Positions 57,742-64,000 of a DNA stretch of 64,000 bases are shown here, one piece after another (position 1 is the stretch's first letter; each line of letters opens with the position of its first letter). A program made the position numbers and the translations under genes. The stretch spans positions 96,001-160,000 of the forward strand of contig CAWGKG010000007.1 of NCBI GenBank assembly GCA_963823035.1, given 5' to 3'. The stretch is from an uncultured Gemmatimonadales bacterium. Its GTDB lineage: Bacteria; Gemmatimonadota; Gemmatimonadetes; Longimicrobiales; Gaopeijiaceae. The notes under the pieces are model-generated. The model was given only the letters and a program-made list of their open reading frames with translations, had not been told where the DNA came from and ran no database searches.

Positions 57742-57983
57742 GGGTTTCGGACCGAGAAGTGTCCATCGATCCATCGCATACACCGCAACTGTATTTGTGC
57801 CAATCGTGTTACGTGGTTCATCCGAACTGCTTTCGATGTCTCTTCGGGGCTCTCGGTAAACAAACGAATTCAGGGACATCTTCTTCCCGAAACATACGGT
57901 TCCTGAGCGGGACGAACCCCGAAAGAGCGCCTCGGGAGGGCGGCCGGCAGCCCCCTCGTCTTCTGCGGAAATTGTTGTTTGCG

Positions 57984-58681
57984 CTACAAAACGCGGGCGT
58001 CGAAGACGACCGAGAAGGCCGCGATCACGGCCTCCTGCACGGATTCCACCGAGACGCCCCGTCCGAGCTCACGCTCGAGCGAGGTCACGTTCCGGTCCCG
58101 GATGCCGCAGGGGACGATGGTCGCCGAAGAAGCCGAGATCGGTGGACACGTTGAGCGCGAAGCCGTGGGAGGTGATCCACCCGGACGAGACGCGCACGCC
58201 GATGGCCGCGAGCTTGCCCACGTCGGTCCAGACGCCGGTGAGCCCGGCCACGCGCCTCGCGGACACATCGAGGGAGGCGGCGGCCCGGATGAGGACCTCC
58301 TCGAGGTCCCTCAGATAGCGGTGGAGATCCTTCCGATCCGGCTTGAGGTCCAGGATCGGGTAGCCGACCAGCTGCCCGGGTCCGTGGTAGGTCACGTCCC
58401 CGCCCCGCCCCGTCTGGTGGAGCTCGATGCCGAGGCGGGCCCGCTCGGCCTCGTCCGCGAGGACGTGCTCGGGGCTGCGACCCCGTGCCGAGCGTGATGA
58501 CGTGCGGATGCTCCAGGAGCAGGAGCAGGTCCGGGACGGATCCCGCCCTGCGTTCCTTCACGAGGGCCTCCTGGATCCTCAGCCCCTCGGCATAGGGGAT
58601 CCGGCCGAGGCGCCGCACCTCGAGGGTGCGCGCGGTACCGGCCTCCGCCCCGGCGTGCTCGCGCGTGGGCGCGTCAGGCAT
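57984..58681 (-). CDS. lipB: Lipoyl(octanoyl) transferase (several frameshifts)
   Basis: [46 protein letters not shown]. Confidence 0.9.
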
Positions 58682-60077
58682 CCTCGGGGAAGTCGTCCAA
58701 CACCTCCTTGAGCCGCGCCAGGAAGCGCGCGGCGTCCGCCCCGTCCACGATGCGGTGGTCGTACCCCAGCGAGAAGAGGGCACGCTTGCGGATCGCCATC
58801 GCGTCCCCCCCGGTGTCGGGGTCCTCCACGACCACCACGCGCTTCTCGACGGCACCGGTCCCCAGGATCGCCGCGGTGCCCTTCGGAATGACCGGCATCC
58901 CGACCATCGTGCCGAGCACGCCCGGGTTGGTGATCGAGAACGTGGCGCCCTGGATCTCGTCCGGGACGAGCTGTCGGGCGCGGGCCCGCTCGGCCAGGTC
59001 GCTGAGCTTGCGGGCGATGCCCACCAGGCTGAGGTCGTCCGCGTCCTTGATCACCGGGACGATGAGCCCGGGGTTCAGGTCCACGGCCATGCCGAGGTTC
59101 ACGTTGCCGCGGTAGATGAGGTTGTTGCCCGACACGGTGGAGTTCACCATCGGGAACTCGCGCAGCAAGCGCGACACGCCCCACGCCACGAACGCCGTGT
59201 AGCTGACCTTCGCGCCCTGCTCGGCCCACTTCTTCTTGCCCGCGGCGCGCACGCGGTCGATGACGGTGAAGTCGATCTCGATGAACGAGTGCACGTGCGG
59301 GGCGATCCGCTTCGCCACCACCATGTGCTCCGCCGTGAGCCGGCGGATCTTGTCCATCGCCTCGACGCGGTCCGCGTCCCGGACGGGGAACTCCGGATGC
59401 TGGACCTCGCCGTAGAACCGCTTCCAGAGGTCGGATGGCGCAGAGGACGCAGAGGGGGTCGCGGGCACCGCCGGCTCTGCGGCCCTGGCCGGCTTCGCGC
59501 GGGCCGTGGGCCCCGTTGGGGACGCCGCCTTCCCCTCTCCGGACTCGATGTAGTCGAGGATGTCCTGCTTCGTGACGCGGCCGGCGTGGCCGGTGCCCTG
59601 CACCGCCGCGATCTCGACGCCGTGCTCCTCGGCGATCTTCCGCACCACCGGGGTCGAGCGCGTGCGCAGCCGCTCGTCGGCGTCCGCAGGCGCCGCGCGC
59701 CTCCGCGGCGGCACCGGCTCGGCCGCCTCGGCCTCGGCAGCGGCCTCCGGTGCACCGCGGTCCCCACCCGAAGCCTCGGCGGCTCCCGCGGCCTCCTCGG
59801 CCGGCTCCGGCCTCCCGTTCGTGGCCGGCGGACCGCCGTCCGGATCGATGTAGGCCACGACCGTCCCCACCTCGACCGTGGCGCCCTCCAGGACGGCGAT
59901 CTCGACCAGCGTACCGCCGGAGGGCGCGGGGATCTCCGCGTCCACCTTGTCGGTCGAGATCTCCAGGATCGGCTCGTCGCGCTCGACGGTGTCGCCGACC
60001 TGCTTCAGCCACTTGGAGACGGTGCCCTCCGCGATGGACTCGCCCATCTGGGGCATGGGGACTTCGATGCGGGCCAC
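58674..60077 (-). CDS. 2-oxoacid dehydrogenase E2 (dihydrolipoamide acyltransferase)
   Basis: Lipoyl domain EISTDKVD, E3-binding STPVVRKIA..GTGHAGRVTKQD, catalytic DHRIVDG. Confidence 0.93.
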   Translation of the reverse strand: MARIEVPMPQMGESIAEGTVSKWLKQVGDTVERDEPILEISTDKVDAEIPAPSGGTLVEIAVLEGATVEVGTVVAYIDPDGGPPATNGRPEPAEEAAGAAEASGGDRGAPEAAAEAEAAEPVPPRRRAAPADADERLRTRSTPVVRKIAEEHGVEIAAVQGTGHAGRVTKQDILDYIESGEGKAASPTGPTARAKPARAAEPAVPATPSASSAPSDLWKRFYGEVQHPEFPVRDADRVEAMDKIRRLTAEHMVVAKRIAPHVHSFIEIDFTVIDRVRAAGKKKWAEQGAKVSYTAFVAWGVSRLLREFPMVNSTVSGNNLIYRGNVNLGMAVDLNPGLIVPVIKDADDLSLVGIARKLSDLAERARARQLVPDEIQGATFSITNPGVLGTMVGMPVIPKGTAAILGTGAVEKRVVVVEDPDTGGDAMAIRKRALFSLGYDHRIVDGADAARFLARLKEVLDDFPEDA

Positions 60078-60186
60078 GCTCGTCTACTCCGCGGTCTTCG
60101 GGTTCAACGGGAACGGGTCGGCTTACCCGCCTGTCGCGCGATTCGGTCCGCCGGCGTCGCGGCAGACTGGAAGGATCGCCCGCCGG

Positions 60187-61212
60187 TCAGTAGCGGGCAA
60201 GGTAACGCGCAGCCTCCACCACGTCGTCCACCTGGGGGAGGAAGTAGTCCTCCAGGGGGGCCGCGTAGGGCACCGGCGCGTCGATGGCCGTCACCCGCAG
60301 GATGGGTCCATCGAGCCACTCGAACGCCCGCTCGTTGACGCGCATGGCGATCTCGCCGGCGATGCCGCCGGTGCGCGTGTCCTCGTGCACGACCAGCAGC
60401 TTGCCGGTACGGCGCACGCTCTCCACCACGGCATCCTCGTCCAGCGGGAGCAGCGTGCGCAGATCGAGGATCTCGACGGAGATGCCGTCCTCCTCCTCCA
60501 GCCGCGCGGCGGCCTCCACGCTTCGGTGGACCATGGCGCCGTACGTGACGACGGTCAGGTCGCTCCCGGCGCGCACCGTGCGCGCCTTCCCGAGCGGGAC
60601 GACGTAGTCCTCGTCGGGGAGGACCTCGCGCAGCGCGGGCGCGCGGTAGAGCCCCTTGTGCTCCTCGAAGAGCACCGGGTTGTCGTCACGGATGGCGGCC
60701 TTCAACAGGCCCTTGGCGTCGTAGGCGGTGCTCGGGTACACGATCTTCAGGCCAGGCGTGTGGAAGAACGCCATCTCCACGTTCTGGGAGTGGAACGGGC
60801 CGCCGCGGTTGCCGCCCCCGACCGGCCCGCGGATCACCAGGGGCATGGGGCCGGCGCCGCGGTAGAGGGAGGTGGCGATGTAGTTCGTGATGACGTCGTA
60901 GGCCGGGGAGATGAAGTCCATGAACTGCATCTCCACCACGGGGCGCAGACCCATGTGGGCGGCTCCGGCGGCCGCGCCGGTGAAGCCGCCCTCGGCGATG
61001 GGCGTGTCGATCACTCGCCGTTCGCCGAAGTGTTCGAGGAAGCCTCGCGTCACCTTGAACGCGCCCCCGTACACGCCGATGTCCTCGCCCATCAGGAAGA
61101 CGCGCTCGTCGCGCTCCATCTCCTCGTAGAGGGCCTCGGAGATGGCCTCGAGGAAGGTGACGGCCTCCCGCCGCCGTGTACGCGTCAGATGGTCGGGCGC
61201 GGAAGGGCTCAT
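60187..61212 (-). CDS. 2-oxoacid dehydrogenase E1 beta subunit
   Basis: GEDIGVYGGAFKVT, DTPIAE, EMQFMDF, FHSQ, DLRTL. Confidence 0.93.
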   Translation of the reverse strand: MSPSAPDHLTRTRRREAVTFLEAISEALYEEMERDERVFLMGEDIGVYGGAFKVTRGFLEHFGERRVIDTPIAEGGFTGAAAGAAHMGLRPVVEMQFMDFISPAYDVITNYIATSLYRGAGPMPLVIRGPVGGGNRGGPFHSQNVEMAFFHTPGLKIVYPSTAYDAKGLLKAAIRDDNPVLFEEHKGLYRAPALREVLPDEDYVVPLGKARTVRAGSDLTVVTYGAMVHRSVEAAARLEEEDGISVEILDLRTLLPLDEDAVVESVRRTGKLLVVHEDTRTGGIAGEIAMRVNERAFEWLDGPILRVTAIDAPVPYAAPLEDYFLPQVDDVVEAARYLARY

Positions 61213-62279
61213 CGGGCCTCGGCAGCGGTGACGCGGGGGTCGACGGGAGACCGGCGTGTCCAGGGCGCGGACATGGGGCCGTCCGTGAGGACGCCCTCGA
61301 GGGCCTCGTGCCCGGAGGGGTCGGGTTCGGCGAGCACGCGGTCCGCGGAGGCCGCACAGCGGGCCACGGCGTCGTCGCGGATCACGTCCAGCTCTTCGGC
61401 GGTCGAGACACCCAACGCCTTCAGGCGGTGCGCGGAGCGGTCGATGGGATCCCGACGCGCCCACTCGGCCACCACCTCCGGGTCCACATAGTCCTGGGCG
61501 TCGTGCTGCGCGTGGCCCAGCCGCCGGAAGAAGCGCAGCTCGAGCATCTGCACCCCCTCGCCGGATCGGGCACGCTGCGCGGCGCGCTGCGTCGCGTCCT
61601 GGACGGCCACGACGTCGGTCCCGTCGACGGCGTCGGCACGGATGCCGTATCCGACCGCCTTGTGCGTGAAGCTCTCGAGACGCGTCGCGCCGCGGAGAGG
61701 GGTGGAGAACGCCCACTCGTTGTTCTCCACCACGAGGAGGAGGGGGCAGCGCTGCGCGGCCGCAAAGGCCAGTCCTTCGTGCCAGGCACCGGTCGAGGTG
61801 GCGCCGTCCCCGTGGAAGACCGCAGCCACACGATCCTCACCGCGGAGGCGGAAGGAGAGGGCGATCCCCGCGACCACCTCGAGCATCATTCCCAGAGGCC
61901 ACACCGGTCCCACGATGCCGCGCGCATGGTCGACGCGGTGGACGTTCGCCTGCCGGCCGCCGGACGGTCCGGTGGCGCGTCCGAGATGCTGGCGGAAGAA
62001 GTCGTCGAGGCTCTCACCGAAGACGAGGACCGCGCCGCCCGCACGGATGGAGGGGGCCAGGTAGTCGCCGTCACCTCGTGCGCCCCGCCGCAGGCCCGCC
62101 GCCACCCCGACGGCGCCGGCTTCCTGCCCGAGGGAGCGGTAGACGCTCCCGTGCAGGCGCCCCTGCTCGTGGAGGATCTCGAGCCGCTCCTCGGCGGCCC
62201 GGATGAGACACATCCACCGATGAAGCTCGACGAGCTCCGGATGCCCGAGCGCGGCGGACGATTCCCCGGTCGCGCCCAC
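61209..62279 (-). CDS. 2-oxoacid dehydrogenase E1 alpha subunit
   Basis: GQEA, TPP motif GDGATSTGAWHEG...ENN, GHAQHD, DPI; start approximate (GTG at 62279). Confidence 0.88.
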   Translation of the reverse strand: MGATGESSAALGHPELVELHRWMCLIRAAEERLEILHEQGRLHGSVYRSLGQEAGAVGVAAGLRRGARGDGDYLAPSIRAGGAVLVFGESLDDFFRQHLGRATGPSGGRQANVHRVDHARGIVGPVWPLGMMLEVVAGIALSFRLRGEDRVAAVFHGDGATSTGAWHEGLAFAAAQRCPLLLVVENNEWAFSTPLRGATRLESFTHKAVGYGIRADAVDGTDVVAVQDATQRAAQRARSGEGVQMLELRFFRRLGHAQHDAQDYVDPEVVAEWARRDPIDRSAHRLKALGVSTAEELDVIRDDAVARCAASADRVLAEPDPSGHEALEGVLTDGPMSAPWTRRSPVDPRVTAAEAR

Positions 62280-62296
62280 GGGCCGTGGAACGACGC

Positions 62297-62659
62297 CTAC
62301 CGTCCCGAAGTGTCCGTTGCGGCCGGCGGAACCGCGGTCGCACCGGCGTCGGTGCCCGGGAGGATGGGCTGCGGCGCGGGGGCCGTGGCCGGGGCGTCGA
62401 TCTGGATCACGGACTCCGGCTGCCGTGCGCGCGAGGAGAGGATCGACAGCACGAACGCGAGCAGCATGAAGATGGTGCCGGCTACCCAGGTCGCGCGCGT
62501 CAGCACGGTGGTGGCCTGCCGACCGCCCAGGATGCCCTCGGTCATGGCGGCGCTCCCGCCCATGGCCGCGAGGCCGCCGCCCTTCCCCGACTGGAGGAGG
62601 ATGACGACGGCGAGGAACAACCCGTCCAGGACCAGGACCGCGAGCAGGAATCCGTACAT
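62297..62659 (-). CDS. secG: Preprotein translocase subunit SecG
   Basis: VILLQSGKGGGLAAMGG, LTRATW; downstream of tpiA. Confidence 0.92.
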   Translation of the reverse strand: MYGFLLAVLVLDGLFLAVVILLQSGKGGGLAAMGGSAAMTEGILGGRQATTVLTRATWVAGTIFMLLAFVLSILSSRARQPESVIQIDAPATAPAPQPILPGTDAGATAVPPAATDTSGR

Positions 62660-62736
62660 CGTTTCGCCGATTGGTTTTGCGTAGGTGGTACAGACGATAA
62701 ACGTCGGAACGCGCCGAGGATGTGTCAACGGCGGGC

Positions 62737-62778
62737 CGGGGGATGCGCCGGGGTCGGCTCCCCCCGCGCATCCCCCCG
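62737..62778 (-). terminator. GC hairpin after tpiA
   Basis: GGGGGATGCGC...GCGCATCCCCC inverted repeat. Confidence 0.4.
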
Positions 62779-62783
62779 CGTCC

Positions 62784-63530
62784 CTACCCCGCGGCGGCCA
62801 CCAGCGCGGCGAAGGACACCGGATCGAGGCTGGCGCCGCCCACCAGGACGCCGTCGACGTTCGGGGAGCCCAGCAGCTCGGCGGCGTTGTCCGGCTTGAC
62901 ACTCCCACCGTAGAGGATCGGCGCCCGGGTCGCACGCGCCGGTCCGACGCGCTCGTCAAGCCGGGCGCGGAGCGTCGCATGCGCCGCCGACGCATCGGCG
63001 GGCGTGGCCGTCTCGCCCGTGCCGATGGCCCACACGGGCTCGTACGCCAGGATGAATCGCTCCCGCGACTCTTCGAGCGCATCGAGCGCCGCGTCGAGCT
63101 GGCCCACGATCACCTCGTCCACGCGCCCGGCGCGACGCTCGTCCAGCATCTCGCCGACGCACACGACCGGGACGAGCCGATGCCGTCGGGCCGCCCTGAT
63201 CTTGCGGGCCACGTCCTGGTCCGTCTCGCCGAAGACGTGGCGGCGCTCGGAGTGGCCGACGAGCACGAAGCCCGCGCCCGCCTCCTGAGCCATGGAGGCC
63301 GAGATCTCACCCGTGAACGCGCCGGAGTCCTCCCAGTAGATGTTCTGGACGCCCAGCTTGACCCGTCGGTCGCGATCCGGGCTGGACACGGCCACCGCCA
63401 GGGAGAGCGCGGGCGGGAAGACGACGATCTCGTGCGCTCCCGCCCCCTCGGGCAGCTGCAGCCCGGCGAAGAAGGCGCGGGTCCCGCTCGGGCCGTGGTT
63501 CATCTTCCAGTTGCCGGCGATGACCTTCAC
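62784..63530 (-). CDS. tpiA: Triosephosphate isomerase
   Basis: IAGNWKMN, VGHSERR, AYEPVWAIGTG, YGGSV, LVGGASL. Confidence 0.96.
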   Translation of the reverse strand: MKVIAGNWKMNHGPSGTRAFFAGLQLPEGAGAHEIVVFPPALSLAVAVSSPDRDRRVKLGVQNIYWEDSGAFTGEISASMAQEAGAGFVLVGHSERRHVFGETDQDVARKIRAARRHRLVPVVCVGEMLDERRAGRVDEVIVGQLDAALDALEESRERFILAYEPVWAIGTGETATPADASAAHATLRARLDERVGPARATRAPILYGGSVKPDNAAELLGSPNVDGVLVGGASLDPVSFAALVAAAG

Positions 63531-64000
63531 GACGCACCCCCTTCGTCGAGCGCGGCGACACCGGGCAGCTCTGCCCCCGCCAGGAACTCGAGCGACGCCC
63601 CGCCACCCGTGGAGACGTGCGTGATACGATCCGCCAGCCCCGCACGCTCGACGGCCGCGGCGGAGTCCCCGCCACCGAGCACGGCCGTGGCGCCGCCGTC
63701 GCACGCCGTGGCGACCGCGCGCGCGATCTCGATGGTACCCTCGGCGAAGGCGTCGATCTCGAACACCCCCATCGGCCCGTTCCAGACGATGGTCCCGGCG
63801 CCTGCGATCTCCTTCGCGTAGGCCGCCCGGGTCCCGGGCCCGATGTCCGCGATGCGGTCGCCGGCACCCACGTGCGACCGCTCGACCACCCGGGTGGACG
63901 CGCCCTCGGCGATGTCGGCCGCCACGACGCAGTCGACGGGCAGGACCAGACGGTCGCCGGCGGACTCGAGCGTCTTGCGCGCGAGGTCCAGGCGGTCGTC
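63527..64000 (-). CDS. pgk: Phosphoglycerate kinase (C-terminal part; extends beyond the window)
   Basis: DIGPGT, WNGPMGVFE, GGGDS, HVSTGGGASLEFL. Confidence 0.95.
   Translation of the reverse strand, partial: DDRLDLARKTLESAGDRLVLPVDCVVAADIAEGASTRVVERSHVGAGDRIADIGPGTRAAYAKEIAGAGTIVWNGPMGVFEIDAFAEGTIEIARAVATACDGGATAVLGGGDSAAAVERAGLADRITHVSTGGGASLEFLAGAELPGVAALDEGGAS

Noticed and set aside
57785..57803. Sigma54 promoter (minus strand TGGCAC...TTGC)
   Set aside because: Spacing is 8 nt instead of the required 5 nt
57345..57863. 172-aa minus-strand ORF and overlapping ORFs 57478..57879 and 57663..58154 as proteins
   Set aside because: No recognisable motifs, atypical composition for this genome, and they cross promoter-like and terminator elements; a structured RNA explains the region better
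62280..62300. tRNA-Leu often found downstream of secG
   Set aside because: No room and no cloverleaf; E1 alpha starts within about 20 nt

Overview
High-GC bacterial chromosomal segment. The protein sequences and gene order suggest Gemmatimonadota (inference). It is dominated by housekeeping genes on the minus strand: pgk-tpiA-secG, a 2-oxoacid dehydrogenase E1a/E1b/E2-lipB cluster, carA, an HU/IHF gene, an ECF sigma/anti-sigma/Spy-like module, moaDEA, mdh-sdhCAB-acyl-CoA dehydrogenase, two FKBP lipoproteins, a full nuoA-N operon followed by PMM/PGM and UPF0182, sucCD-(EIIA-like/CBS)-ndk, yceD-rpmF-plsX-fabHDG-acpP-fabF-ispF-dedA-xerD, a glutamine-dependent NAD synthetase, and a PadR/ADOP permease pair. 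The plus strand carries a multi-CxxC protein with a znuACB-like ABC transporter, an S41 protease, dcd and an RNase H. About 14 genes, including essential ones, carry single-base frameshifts, several at homopolymers; these are most likely long-read assembly errors. No CRISPR array, rRNA, tRNA or mobile element was recognised. The most notable unexplained element is a ~380-nt, strongly structured, apparently non-coding transcription unit (~57326-57706, minus strand) with its own promoter-like and terminator signals. It lies tail-to-tail with an RNase H whose catalytic carboxylates appear rearranged. Other points of interest: a His-less PTS-EIIA/CBS protein between sucD and ndk, a Rex/CRP-like box in the nuoA leader, and a PadR-type operator palindrome.
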